64,000 nt of DNA, taken from contig JAFGFJ010000006.1 of assembly GCA_016931155.1 (NCBI GenBank), positions 77,115 through 141,114 on the forward strand. Direction: 5' to 3'. The stretch's first letter is position 1, and each line of letters opens with the position of its first letter. The stretch is from Candidatus Dojkabacteria bacterium (GTDB taxonomy: Bacteria; Patescibacteriota; Dojkabacteria; B142; JAFGFJ01). Position numbers and translations under genes: made by a program. The notes beneath the pieces are model-generated. The model worked only from the letters and a program-made list of their open reading frames with translations. It was not told the DNA's origin and did not search any database. Positions 20,199-29,856 of this stretch are shown here, one piece after another.

Positions 20199-20906
20199 TT
20201 ATACTTCGCCAGCTAAGTATTTTTTACGCTCCCTTTCTGGAAATTTTTCTACTGCGTAGCGGAGCATTGCTCGTGGCATTTCTTTGTAATATTTCTTTAG
20301 AAAATTCTTCTCAGTTTTCAAGTCTCTTTTTCCCAGTTCTCTGAGCATCCAGCCGACAGCCTTATGAATTAGATCGTGTTTATCATGAAGCAAAATCCTG
20401 GAAATTTTTATCGTGTCTTCGAATTGATTGTTTTTAATGAAGTCATAAGTTGAAATAATTGCGATTCTTTTGTCCCACAGATTTTTTGAGACAGCGAGGC
20501 TATAAAGGATTGCACGGTCATTTCTTTCCGAAAGGTATTTGCCGATGATTTGAACAGAGCTGTCAACAAGATCCCAGTTATTGACCCTCTCTTTGTTTTT
20601 TAAATAAAAATTAAAAATTTTCTGTCTCTCTATTTCATCGGATTTTTCAAATTTATAAACCAGCATGAAGAGAGCTGTAAGTCTGTGCTCATGAAAATCA
20701 CTGCCAAGTAGCTCTTTGATGTTGGCAAGAGAAATTTCTTTATAATGATTTTTGGCAATTTTTCTCTGTTTTGGAACCGTTGCTCCAAGAAATTTATCCC
20801 CTTCACTGTACTGTCCTTTGTCCGTTTTGAAAAACCTCAAAAAGGATTTAGCTTTCTCCGGGTTTGAGATTTCTTTTAGTTCATTCTTAACAACTGCGGC
20901 TTTCAT
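20199..20906 (-). CDS. DNA alkylation repair enzyme family protein (AlkD/AlkC-like HEAT-repeat glycosylase family)
   Basis: Family-typical N-terminus (AVVKNELKEISNPEKAKSFLRFFKTDKGQYSEGDKFLGATVPKQRKIAK) and NNWDLVDSS segment. Confidence 0.65.
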   Translation of the reverse strand: MKAAVVKNELKEISNPEKAKSFLRFFKTDKGQYSEGDKFLGATVPKQRKIAKNHYKEISLANIKELLGSDFHEHRLTALFMLVYKFEKSDEIERQKIFNFYLKNKERVNNWDLVDSSVQIIGKYLSERNDRAILYSLAVSKNLWDKRIAIISTYDFIKNNQFEDTIKISRILLHDKHDLIHKAVGWMLRELGKRDLKTEKNFLKKYYKEMPRAMLRYAVEKFPERERKKYLAGEV

Positions 20907-20960
20907 TTTTTTAAATCACTTCTTTTTTTGCGTGTTGCCAAGGTATCTTTGACGCTTATT

Positions 20961-22265
20961 TTACCTCTTTGTTATTACTTCTTTGCCGACATAAGGCTGA
21001 AGTACTATTGGCACTCTCATACTCCCGTCAGCTTGCTGGTAATTCTCCCAGATTGCAATCAATATTCTCGGTGAAGCAATAACTGTATTATTTAGAGCGT
21101 GAGGAAAATACTTTTCTCCATCCTTTCCTTTCACTCTTATATTCAATCTTCTTGTCTGCCAGTCACCCAGGTTACTGCAGGAATGAGTTTCTCCGTAGGC
21201 ATCTCTTGATGGCATCCATGTTTCCAGATCAAACATTCTATATTTTCCTGCGCCCATATCTCCAGTGCAAAGCTGCAGCACCCGGTATGGAAGCTCTAAA
21301 TCACGAAGTATCTCTTCTGCATATTCAAGCATTTTTTCCTGCCACCTGGTGGATTCTTCGTAATCGTTCTTGCAAAATACCACTTGCTCAATTTTCATAA
21401 ATTCATGAATCCTGTAAATTCCCTTTGTATCTTTTCCGTAGCTTCCGACCTCGCTTCTATAGCACTGCGAGAATCCGGCCATTTTTAGCGGGAGCTCGCT
21501 CTCGTCAATTGTTTCTCCTGCTCGATATGCAAGAATCGAAGGTTCTGCAGTTCCTACGAGATAAAGCCCTTCTTCAGCGCTCTCTTTTTCAGGATCGATT
21601 TTTCCCGGATTTGCAACCTGGTATACTTCTTCTTTTCCGAAAGGGAAATGTCCGCTTCCTATTAGGGAAAAATCTCGAACAAGAGTAGGAGGAATCATTG
21701 CTGTAAATCCTTTTTCTATCATTTTTTTAAGACCGTGCATCATGAGTCCCATGTGCATGAGAGCAGCTTCATTTTTGAGATAATATCCCCTGAAACCCCC
21801 TGTTTTTACTCCTCGCTCAAGATCAAGGAGGTTCAGGTTTTTCCCAAGCTCAATATGATCCTTCGGTTTAAAATCAAACTTTGTCGGTTCTCCAATCTTT
21901 CTGACTTCTATATTCCCGCTCTCGTCTTTTCCGATTGGAGTGTCTGCTGATGGAATTTGTGGAGTCAAAAGGAGGAGCTCTTGAAGCTCGTTCTCAAGCT
22001 TACCAAGCTCGCTCTCTTTTCCCTGAAGCTCTATTTTGATTCGCTTTCCTTGCTCGATTGCCTCATCATCCGGTTTTCCTCCAGCCGCCTTCATTTTTTC
22101 CGCATTATCATTCCTTCTTGCCCTTAATTCTTCCACCTCTGTATTCAGTACGGAGAATTTTTTATCTACTTCGAGCAAGTGGTCAATGTCAATCGCAAGC
22201 TGTTTATTCGCTGCAGCTTCTTTGACTTTCTCGGGATTTTCCCTGATATATTTTATATCCAGCAT
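20961..22265 (-). CDS. serS: Serine--tRNA ligase
   Basis: N-terminal coiled-coil arm (MLDIKYIRENPEKVKEAAANKQ...). Class II core motifs (RVLQLCTGDMGAGKYRMFDLETWMP). Size 434 aa. Confidence 0.9.
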   Translation of the reverse strand: MLDIKYIRENPEKVKEAAANKQLAIDIDHLLEVDKKFSVLNTEVEELRARRNDNAEKMKAAGGKPDDEAIEQGKRIKIELQGKESELGKLENELQELLLLTPQIPSADTPIGKDESGNIEVRKIGEPTKFDFKPKDHIELGKNLNLLDLERGVKTGGFRGYYLKNEAALMHMGLMMHGLKKMIEKGFTAMIPPTLVRDFSLIGSGHFPFGKEEVYQVANPGKIDPEKESAEEGLYLVGTAEPSILAYRAGETIDESELPLKMAGFSQCYRSEVGSYGKDTKGIYRIHEFMKIEQVVFCKNDYEESTRWQEKMLEYAEEILRDLELPYRVLQLCTGDMGAGKYRMFDLETWMPSRDAYGETHSCSNLGDWQTRRLNIRVKGKDGEKYFPHALNNTVIASPRILIAIWENYQQADGSMRVPIVLQPYVGKEVITKR

Positions 22266-22288
22266 TTCGGTTTCAATTAAATGTAATA

Positions 22289-22331
22289 AAAAAACCCTTG
22301 AGTAACTACAAAAAAGTAATCACTCAAGGGT
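22289..22331 (-). terminator. Intrinsic terminator of the serS T-box leader (attenuator)
   Basis: 9-bp perfect stem (cccttgagt/actcaaggg) plus an inner gta/tac pair, then an A7 run on the plus strand, which is U7 on the transcript. Confidence 0.8.
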
Positions 22332-22545
22332 CCTCTAGACGGTGCCACCTTCATATCGCAAAGGCTCTTGCCATTTGCCAACTCTTTCAGCTGTATCGGG
22401 CTTACCCGCACCGCTTCTACGGGTCTCCCGATCTACTTCTTTAAGTCATTTGGAATCGGGAAAGAGCGGATTCAATAATTTTCTCTTAGGTTTTCTCAGG
22501 ATTTGGGGGTCTGGTTCGCGTACATTTAACCCTACCTAAACCTTT
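22289..22545 (-). ncRNA. T-box riboswitch leader (tRNA-Ser-responsive) controlling serS; the 5' boundary is approximate
   Basis: The minus-strand RNA contains the T-box sequence AUAUGAAGGUGGCACCGUC, with a UGGC bulge complementary to the GCCA end of tRNA-Ser (G73 discriminator). It is followed immediately by a perfect intrinsic terminator CCCUUGAGU..ACUCAAGGG and a U7 tract, 20 nt before the serS ATG. The 5' half of the T-box can alternatively pair with the 5' arm of the terminator (antiterminator). Upstream there are AGAGA-containing, GC-rich structured segments. Confidence 0.8.
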
Positions 22546-22671
22546 TCTGTAAAGAGAAAACAATTTACTAATCTCTTGATTGGATATTAACAGAAGCAAG
22601 CATTGAATACAAACAAAATCAGTATTTTTGTGAAATATAGATGATATTTAAGAGTACTCTTACAACTTTCT

Positions 22672-23436
22672 CTAGAGTATTTCAATGAACTTTTTAGGAT
22701 TTCTCACAAGTTGTGAGTAAAGGGGACTTCTTCCAAGCATCTTGAAAAGCGGACTCGTCTTGTCAGGAGTGAGCCTTTGAATTTTCGGTACATACCTGTA
22801 TCTGGGATTCAAAACTACTTCCTGTCTTGCATTTTTCCGAATAATGTAATACGCAAGTCCCTGTTGTCTTCGAAGGGTCGAGTAGTCAACGGTATTGTGG
22901 TTTCTGTGAATGCGGGCAAAAATTACCGGCATATTTCTCGTATTTACAAAACTATAGTAATAACCTTTTGGAATTATCAATTTCTCTCCTCTTCGTACTT
23001 TTATTATATATCCTTCCTGAACGATTGCCTCTAGAGAAAAATCGTCCCTGGATTCCAATTTTTGTGTAATTACAGTAAGGACTCCATACAGAACCTCTAT
23101 CACATCGGAGGACGTTTCATCGGCATCTCCATTCGATACAGAGTAATAAATATGAGATTTGATATATTCAATTCCTAGAAGTCCGGGAGGTAAATGAATT
23201 ACATCATATGTGAGTCTTCCTTTAAAATGAGTCTTGTGTTCAATTTTTTTCAATCCATTATATTCAAGATATACCCTTTGAGGATATACAAGTGATTTGT
23301 TCAGAAGGGTTGGAAGCAAATCAGATAAGGAGACTCTCCTCTCAAGATCGAAATTTATCTCGTTGTCAAAATGAAAGGTACCATCTCTCTGATCAAACTG
23401 TATGGGTAGTGAACAACACGATTGAAGGTCTATCAT
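22672..23436 (-). CDS. Cupin-fold hypothetical protein (metal-binding His positions not conserved)
   Basis: Cupin motif-2-like GEKLIIPKGYYYSFVNTRNMPVIFARI. No other recognisable domain. Confidence 0.4.
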   Translation of the reverse strand: MIDLQSCCSLPIQFDQRDGTFHFDNEINFDLERRVSLSDLLPTLLNKSLVYPQRVYLEYNGLKKIEHKTHFKGRLTYDVIHLPPGLLGIEYIKSHIYYSVSNGDADETSSDVIEVLYGVLTVITQKLESRDDFSLEAIVQEGYIIKVRRGEKLIIPKGYYYSFVNTRNMPVIFARIHRNHNTVDYSTLRRQQGLAYYIIRKNARQEVVLNPRYRYVPKIQRLTPDKTSPLFKMLGRSPLYSQLVRNPKKFIEIL

Positions 23437-23549
23437 CTGTTCAACTATTTAAGGTAAGTATTTGCCATTTGGAAGGTCGATCGATTATATGCGCCCGGAA
23501 TTGCTTTTGTCAAATTTTTGTAAAGAAAGCTCCCAGGAATCCTAGTCTG

Positions 23550-24644
23550 TCAGCGCCTTTGATCCCTTATTTCTTCCCAGAGTTTTTTCTCTTCTCTCGA
23601 GAGTTTTTCGGGTACTAAGACTTTTAGCTTAATATATTCGTCACCATTTCCTGATCCCTGAAACTTTGGTGCACCTTTCCCTTTCAGCCTGATAACTCTT
23701 CCAGGTTGTGTTCCCTCCGGAATTTTTATTTCAACTTCTCCATGTACTGTGGGCACTTTAATATTTCCGCCCAATGTTGCTGTTATTACATCGATTTCCT
23801 GATCGATATATATGTCATCTCCGCTTCTTTCAAATATTTCATTCTCTTTTACCTCGATGTTTACATAAAGGTCTCCATAGTCACCCCCCTTGTTACCTGC
23901 ATTTCCTTTTTCTGTGTATCTCAGTGTAATATTATCCGGAACTCCTTGCGGAACCTTTATTTTAAATTCTTCAGTGATCTGCTCTTTGGTGGAGCCTTTA
24001 CAGTTGTGGCATTTTTGATCGGCAATGCTTCCTTCACCACCGCACTTTGGACATACTGATCTTGTTTGAATTGAGCCGATGAATGTGCGTGATACTCTCG
24101 TAACATAGCCAGAGCCTTTGCATTCAGAACAGGTGACTATTTTATCAGGGTCTTCGGCACCTGTGCCCTTGCAATCTCTGCACACAATTTCTCTTTTGTA
24201 TTTTACGGTTTTTTCTGTGCCAAAAATTGCTTCGTCAAATTCCAAACTTAAAGTCATCTCGAGATTATTCCCCCTTGTTTTTGAATTCTTCTGAGATCCT
24301 CCACCGAAGCCAAACCCTCCAAAGTCAGCACCAAAAAACTGTGAGAAAATATCATTGATATTTCCAAAATCTCCTCCTCCAAAACCTTCAAAGCCTCCAG
24401 TTCCGCTAGCTCCGCCAAACCCTTGAGTTCCTGCGTGCCCATACTGATCATATGCCTGCTTTTTTGATCCATCACTTAGAATCTCGTAGGCCTCTTGTAT
24501 CTCTTTGAATTTCTCCTCTGCATCAGACGCCTTATTTCTATCAGGGTGAAATTCCTTGGCAAGCTTTCTATAAGCTGCCTTTATTTCCTGTTTTGTTGCA
24601 CTTTTTGATAGTCCGAGGACTTCGTAGTAATCTCTTTTATTCAT
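23550..24644 (-). CDS. dnaJ: Molecular chaperone DnaJ
   Basis: J-domain with HPD (YYEVLGL...EFHPDRN). Gly-rich linker. Four CxxCxGxG zinc-finger repeats. C-terminal substrate-binding domains. Confidence 0.9.
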   Translation of the reverse strand: MNKRDYYEVLGLSKSATKQEIKAAYRKLAKEFHPDRNKASDAEEKFKEIQEAYEILSDGSKKQAYDQYGHAGTQGFGGASGTGGFEGFGGGDFGNINDIFSQFFGADFGGFGFGGGSQKNSKTRGNNLEMTLSLEFDEAIFGTEKTVKYKREIVCRDCKGTGAEDPDKIVTCSECKGSGYVTRVSRTFIGSIQTRSVCPKCGGEGSIADQKCHNCKGSTKEQITEEFKIKVPQGVPDNITLRYTEKGNAGNKGGDYGDLYVNIEVKENEIFERSGDDIYIDQEIDVITATLGGNIKVPTVHGEVEIKIPEGTQPGRVIRLKGKGAPKFQGSGNGDEYIKLKVLVPEKLSREEKKLWEEIRDQRR

Positions 24645-24791
24645 GATTTGGTACCAGCAATATTAACATGAGAATTCAATACAAACGACGATGCTGGTAT
24701 TTTTGTGGTAGAATCATTGCAGTTTCCAGGGAAAATGAAAAGAGAAGAAACAAAAGCGGGATCTGAAAAATGACTGTGAAGAATATAAAGA

Positions 24792-26459
24792 GTGACTGTA
24801 AAAAATAAAAAAATGACAGTGAAGAATACAAAAATAGATAAAAAATCGAAAAAGTCTGCAGTAAAAACCTCAAAAAAAAATGTCAGGAAGAAACAGGTTG
24901 GACTTGAAAGACCTCCTGTTGTTGCTGTTCTTGGTCATGTTGATCATGGAAAAACTTCTCTTCTTGATGCGATCAGAGGGACTAGTGTGCAGGAAGGAGA
25001 AGCTGGAGGAATTACGCAGAGTGTACGTGCTCACCAAATCACCACCAAAAACGGACAGAGAATAACCTTTATTGATACTCCCGGTCATGAAGCCTTTTCC
25101 GCTATGAGATCAAGAGGGGCAGCTGTTACTGATATTGTATTACTAGTTGTTTCTGCTGTAGATGGTGTGAAGCCTCAAACAAAAGAATCGATAAAATATG
25201 CAAAAAAGGCAGGTGCTCACATAATAGTTGCTGCAAACAAAATTGATCTTCCAGGAGCGAATCTTGAGAAACTAAAAAAAGAGCTGTCTACAAATGATGT
25301 GTTAATTGAGGAATATGGGGGAGATGCGATATTTGTTCCTGTTTCGGCAATAAAGAAACAGGGATTGGACGATCTACTGGAGAGCATTTTACTGCTTGCA
25401 GAGGTACATGGAGTTAAAGATGAAAAACCTGAAAAAGGGATTGCCCAAACAGTAGTATTGGAGTCAACAACTGATAAAAGTCTTGGACCCGTTGCATTGG
25501 TTTTAGTAAAAAGAGGTTTGTTTAAAGCTGGGAATTATACTGAGTCTGAAAGCGGTGTATCGAAAATTCGTACAATCCTTGATGAATTTCAGAAAACTCA
25601 AGACAGTGCTGATGTTTCAGATCCAGTTTGGATAGTTGGGTTGTCCAGGGCTCTTGTTACTGGAGAAGTAGTAAACATTTTTGAACAGGAGGATGAAGCC
25701 AAAGATTTCAACAAAAGTCGTATAAAAGAAACAGAAAAAGAAGGAGAGGGAACTGAAACTTTTGACCATGAGGTTCAGGATGAGGATTTAAATATAGAAC
25801 AAACTGATTTAGAAGCTCTTGCAAACCTTCTTGGACAAAATAGAGAAGAAGGAGAAAAAAAGAAACTGGACATTGTTTTGAAGACCGATGCAATTGGAAC
25901 ATTGGAGGCGGCTACGGATGAAATGAAAAAGCTTGGAGAGGAAGGACTGGAAATAAATATTTTGGATAGCGGAACTGGGGAAGTTACGGAAAAAGACGTC
26001 GAACGGGCAAAGCTTGCAAGAGGGATAGTACTGGCCTTCAGGGTTGATGTGTCGAAAGATGTTCAAGCCTTTGCAAAAAGGGAAAAAGTACTTGTCAGAA
26101 AATACGAAATAATTTACGAGATGATTGATGAAGTTGGAGCGGCTCTTCACGGACTTATGGAACCGGAAGAAGAGGAAGTAGAAGTTGCTAGAGCGCTGGT
26201 TAAAAAAGTATTTGTACTGACGAATGGGGATTTGGTTGCAGGTTCGGTTGTGACTAAAGGTAAAATTATAAAAGGGTACAAAGTTTTTGTTGAGAGAAAG
26301 GGAGAAAGGGTTGCAGATGGAAAAGTTGTCTCATTAAAACAGAATAAAAGTGAAGTTAAAGAAGTAGATAAAGGACTTGATTGCGGAATTTTGATTGAAC
26401 CAAAAGCAGAAGTAGAGGAGGGTGACGAAATAATTGCCTACAAAATAGAAAAATATTAG
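24792..26459 (+). CDS. infB: Translation initiation factor IF-2 (short form with an acidic insertion)
   Basis: G-domain motifs VVAVLGHVDHGKTSLLD, DTPGHEAF and NKIDL. C-terminal beta-barrel domain. Lys-rich N-terminus. At 555 aa it is much shorter than canonical IF-2. Confidence 0.85.
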   Translation: MTVKNKKMTVKNTKIDKKSKKSAVKTSKKNVRKKQVGLERPPVVAVLGHVDHGKTSLLDAIRGTSVQEGEAGGITQSVRAHQITTKNGQRITFIDTPGHEAFSAMRSRGAAVTDIVLLVVSAVDGVKPQTKESIKYAKKAGAHIIVAANKIDLPGANLEKLKKELSTNDVLIEEYGGDAIFVPVSAIKKQGLDDLLESILLLAEVHGVKDEKPEKGIAQTVVLESTTDKSLGPVALVLVKRGLFKAGNYTESESGVSKIRTILDEFQKTQDSADVSDPVWIVGLSRALVTGEVVNIFEQEDEAKDFNKSRIKETEKEGEGTETFDHEVQDEDLNIEQTDLEALANLLGQNREEGEKKKLDIVLKTDAIGTLEAATDEMKKLGEEGLEINILDSGTGEVTEKDVERAKLARGIVLAFRVDVSKDVQAFAKREKVLVRKYEIIYEMIDEVGAALHGLMEPEEEEVEVARALVKKVFVLTNGDLVAGSVVTKGKIIKGYKVFVERKGERVADGKVVSLKQNKSEVKEVDKGLDCGILIEPKAEVEEGDEIIAYKIEKY

Positions 26460-26503
26460 TGATAAAATTTATCTGATAATTTCCGGGAAATTAATTAAGT
26501 TTA

Positions 26504-27571
26504 ATGCCTTTCAGTAGTAAAACAATCACAGAAAAAGAAAGTAGAAATGTGCAAAAGCTTATAAAAGCTTCTGAGAAAATAACCGTACTTGGGCATCATT
26601 CACCGGATCCCGACTGTTTCTCTTCAATACTATCTATTGCCTGTATTCTTAAAAATATTTACAAGAAGAAAGTAGAAATTGTATTTCAAGGAAAAATTCT
26701 TCAGAGGATAGAGAACTATGCAAATGCACTTGGATTCAAAATTGAATCGACAAAAGTAACACAAAAGAAATTTAAAAATACAGACTTACTTTTCATAGCA
26801 GATGTGCAAGATACACTTCGAACAAATCCGGAAAGCATTGAATTGGATCTTAGCGGTTTTAAAAATGTGGTTATTATTGATCATCATCCGATCGATAAAA
26901 GAATCGAAAAATATCCTTTATACCGAATCTCTAGAGACACTTCATCGACAGCTGAGCTTGTTTTTAGACTTTTCAAGAGTGACATTGCAAAACTTCCAAA
27001 GAAGATGAGTAAAAAAGTTGCTGAGTTTCTTGCCTATGGAATTATTTCAGATTCAAAAAGATTTATTACTCCTCCGGTATCAAGGGAAACATTTGAAGTG
27101 ATAATCGAAATGATAGATTACGGTGTAAATATTTCTGGACTTACTTATTCGGTAACATCTTTACCTCTTGAGTGTTTTCAAATGATGGGTAAATTATTTG
27201 ACAAGATAAAAATTCACAAACTTGGATTTGGCTATATGTATCTTGAAGATGGAGATCTTCCTAGAGACAGGGATGAGGCTGATTCTCTTCTTGATTCATT
27301 TAAGCACGAAACCCAGAAAGTAAAAGACTTTGATCTATTTGTCATGTTTCAGGGGAAAAGAAAAAATAAAAAAGGACATGAGAGTAAAAAAAAATATACT
27401 TATAAAATAAGAACAAGATCAATTGAAACTGATATGACTGCATTTAATAAAAAACTGGGAGGAGGAGGTCATCCACAATCAGGCGGATCATTCATTTACG
27501 CAGATAATGATGAGGATGCACTTAGTATTCTTGCGAAAAAATACAAGCAAATTGTTTTGAAAAAATCATGA
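26504..27571 (+). CDS. DHH/DHHA1 family phosphoesterase (NrnA-like oligoribonuclease/pAp phosphatase)
   Basis: Intact motifs: GHHSPDPDCFSS, VVIIDHHP, and the DHHA1 motif LGGGGHPQSGG. Confidence 0.75.
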   Translation: MPFSSKTITEKESRNVQKLIKASEKITVLGHHSPDPDCFSSILSIACILKNIYKKKVEIVFQGKILQRIENYANALGFKIESTKVTQKKFKNTDLLFIADVQDTLRTNPESIELDLSGFKNVVIIDHHPIDKRIEKYPLYRISRDTSSTAELVFRLFKSDIAKLPKKMSKKVAEFLAYGIISDSKRFITPPVSRETFEVIIEMIDYGVNISGLTYSVTSLPLECFQMMGKLFDKIKIHKLGFGYMYLEDGDLPRDRDEADSLLDSFKHETQKVKDFDLFVMFQGKRKNKKGHESKKKYTYKIRTRSIETDMTAFNKKLGGGGHPQSGGSFIYADNDEDALSILAKKYKQIVLKKS

Positions 27572-28284
27572 ACAGACTTGAGATAAAATTGAATTGGCTT
27601 ACTGCTCTTCTTGGAATTAACATTTTTATGTTTATAATTTCTGCTGTTATGGGACTTGTATTTGGAGAAGGGGCTCTATATTCTTTGCTTTTTCTTGGTG
27701 CAGAAAGTAGTCAATTGATCCTGAGTGGTCAGGCTTGGAGAATGATCACTTCAGCATTTCTTCATGCAAACTTTATACATATTGCGGCAAATATGTATGT
27801 TCTTTTTCAACTTGGAGGATACGTCGAAAGATTTTTTGGAGGGAAAAAACTTTTGACTGTTTATATTCTTACCGCAATAGGGGCTTCTGCTCTGAGTGTT
27901 ACTGCAAATCTTTCAGGTTTTCAGTCTGCAGGAATTTCAGTTGGGGCTTCGGGAGCAGTATTTGGTTTAGTTGGATTTGTATTCATTTCTTCATGGAAAA
28001 GTGAAAGAAATTCCTTTCACGTTGAGCTTCCTCTTGATTACAGACAACTTATTCCTTTTATTATTTTGAATCTGATCTTTAGTATTCTCATACCCGGAAT
28101 AAATCTTGCTGCTCACGTTGGTGGATTTATCGGGGGAAGCCTGTTGGCTTTTGTTTTGAAACCAGCTTATGGATTTGTAAGTGCAACAAGAGATTTAACT
28201 GGTGATATTTTATTTTATATTAGTTTAGCATTACTAATTTTTAGTTTTGTTGGTCTGATAGTTTTTAATATCAGTATTTTTTAA
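27568..28284 (+). CDS. Rhomboid-family intramembrane serine protease
   Basis: Six TM segments. Catalytic GASGAVFGLVGF (GxSG) and AAHVGGFIGG (His). ATGA start/stop overlap with the upstream gene. Confidence 0.85.
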   Translation: MNRLEIKLNWLTALLGINIFMFIISAVMGLVFGEGALYSLLFLGAESSQLILSGQAWRMITSAFLHANFIHIAANMYVLFQLGGYVERFFGGKKLLTVYILTAIGASALSVTANLSGFQSAGISVGASGAVFGLVGFVFISSWKSERNSFHVELPLDYRQLIPFIILNLIFSILIPGINLAAHVGGFIGGSLLAFVLKPAYGFVSATRDLTGDILFYISLALLIFSFVGLIVFNISIF

Positions 28285-28286
28285 TA

Positions 28287-28859
28287 ATGGTCTATGTATT
28301 TATTGGTCCTTCCGGTTGTGGCAAGGATACTCAGGCAAAACTTCTTGAGAGAAATTATGGTATAAGAAGAGTGAGTGTCGGTGAGATCATCAGAAAGGAA
28401 ATGGAAAAAGGGAGTAAGTTGGGAAAAAAGATAAAAGAAATTTCTACAAGAGGTAAGTGGATACCTGATGATATTGCGATTGATTTGCTTAAGAAGGAAT
28501 TGAAAAAAGATAAATATAGGGACGGATTTGTTATTACTGGTTTTCCACGGACTATATGGCAGGTAGAAAAATTTGATGAATTATTGTGTGAGAGAGGGGA
28601 GGAGATCACGGGGGTAGTTCACTTCAATCTAGATGTAGAGGAGAGTATGAAGCGGATGCAGACACAGTCGGTGGATGAAAAAAGACCTGATAGTTCAGAA
28701 AATGCTATGAAGGCCAGACTTGCTTCTTACGATAAAACAATAAACCCGATCCTTGCAGAATACGAAAAGAAGGGAGTGTTGATCCATATTGATGCTGCTC
28801 CAAGCATTGAGGATATTCATGAGGATGTTAAAAAGAAATTGAAACTGGATAATAATTAA
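28287..28859 (+). CDS. adk: Adenylate kinase
   Basis: P-loop GPSGCGKDTQAKLL. The NMP-binding segment GFPRTIWQVEKFDELL is also present, and the 190 aa length fits adenylate kinase. Confidence 0.75.
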   Translation: MVYVFIGPSGCGKDTQAKLLERNYGIRRVSVGEIIRKEMEKGSKLGKKIKEISTRGKWIPDDIAIDLLKKELKKDKYRDGFVITGFPRTIWQVEKFDELLCERGEEITGVVHFNLDVEESMKRMQTQSVDEKRPDSSENAMKARLASYDKTINPILAEYEKKGVLIHIDAAPSIEDIHEDVKKKLKLDNN

Positions 28860-28879
28860 AGATTAGTCAGGTAATTATT

Positions 28880-29224
28880 TTGATGGGTTTCTTTGAAAAG
28901 GTTAATAAAATAGTGAAAATAATCCCGGTTGGAGAAGTCGTTTCTTACGGACAGATTGCGCATATTCTTGATAAACCCCGTTCAGCAAGACAGGTTGGAT
29001 GGGCTTTAAATGCGCTTCCAAAATCAAAGGAGAAAGATGTTCCCTGGTGGAGGGTAGTAAATTCAAAGGGTTTCCTGTCGATAAAAAACGAGGACGTTCT
29101 GGCGAAATTTAGACAAAAGGAGTTGCTCCTGAGAGAAGGAATTGAGGTGAGCGAAGAGTTTCTAGTTGATCTCAAAAAATATCAATGGGGGTTTACTGAG
29201 AATTTAAATAGAAACTTAAGGTAA
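28880..29224 (+). CDS. Alkyltransferase-like (ATL) protein: MGMT DNA-binding domain with Trp replacing the reactive Cys
   Basis: IPVGEVVSYGQIAHIL...ARQVGWAL...PWWRVVNSKG aligns to the Ogt/Ada C-domain, but the PCHR motif is PWWR. Confidence 0.65.
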   Translation: MMGFFEKVNKIVKIIPVGEVVSYGQIAHILDKPRSARQVGWALNALPKSKEKDVPWWRVVNSKGFLSIKNEDVLAKFRQKELLLREGIEVSEEFLVDLKKYQWGFTENLNRNLR

Positions 29225-29226
29225 AA

Positions 29227-29856
29227 ATGGTCGATAAAAATATGATCGCAGTATCCGCATACAACAAAGTAGCGGAAGAATATTGTGCAAAGTACTTCAA
29301 TGATGATTTCGATTTTCCAGTTCTGGAGGAATTTATTACCAAGCTTCCGAAAACGGGCTTTGTTTTGGATGTTGGTTGCGGACCAGGTACTTTTACACAG
29401 CATTTTTTAAAGCACGGATTCAAAGTGGAAGGTATAGATTTATCTGAAAAAATGCTGGAAATTGCTAAACGAAATATTCCATTCGTAAACTTTAAATTGA
29501 TGGACATGCGTAATCTCAGGTATTTCGATGAATCGTTTGATGGGATTTTTGCCGGTTATTCTTTAATTCATATCCCGGGGGAGGATATTGAAAAGACCTT
29601 GGAAGGATTTTACAGAGTTATGGAGAAAAATGGGTTTCTTATGATTTCAGCTCAGAGTGGAGAAGGGGAAAAAGTTATTGATGAACCGCTTGCAAAAGGA
29701 GTAAAAATATTTTTCAACTTCTATCGACTTGATGAACTGGCAAAATTAATCGAGCAAGCAGGATTTGAGGTAGTTTACAAACAGGAGACTGAACTTCTGG
29801 AGCCTGAGGGCTCTTCCAGCGATAAAGTGAACTATATTATTGCCAAGAAACTTTAG
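29227..29856 (+). CDS. Class I SAM-dependent methyltransferase
   Basis: Motif I VLDVGCGPGTFTQHF. Post-I acidic residue in GIDLSEKM. The FAGYSLIHI segment follows. Confidence 0.75.
   Translation: MVDKNMIAVSAYNKVAEEYCAKYFNDDFDFPVLEEFITKLPKTGFVLDVGCGPGTFTQHFLKHGFKVEGIDLSEKMLEIAKRNIPFVNFKLMDMRNLRYFDESFDGIFAGYSLIHIPGEDIEKTLEGFYRVMEKNGFLMISAQSGEGEKVIDEPLAKGVKIFFNFYRLDELAKLIEQAGFEVVYKQETELLEPEGSSSDKVNYIIAKKL

Noticed and set aside
22297-22560. GC-richer structured non-coding block first considered as tmRNA, RNase P RNA or SRP RNA
   Set aside because: No tmRNA 5' (GGGG..CGACGGG) or 3' tRNA-like end, no RNase P P4 motif (GGAAAGUCCGG), and no SRP domain IV motif. Instead it has a T-box sequence, a terminator, an antiterminator and a position directly upstream of serS.
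24780-24840. Direct duplication atgacagtgaagaata(a/c)aaaa at the infB start (MTVKNKKMTVKNTK)
   Set aside because: A short in-frame 21-nt duplication inside the Lys-rich N-terminus of IF-2. It is probably just a slippage duplication or an alternative start, not a regulatory repeat array.
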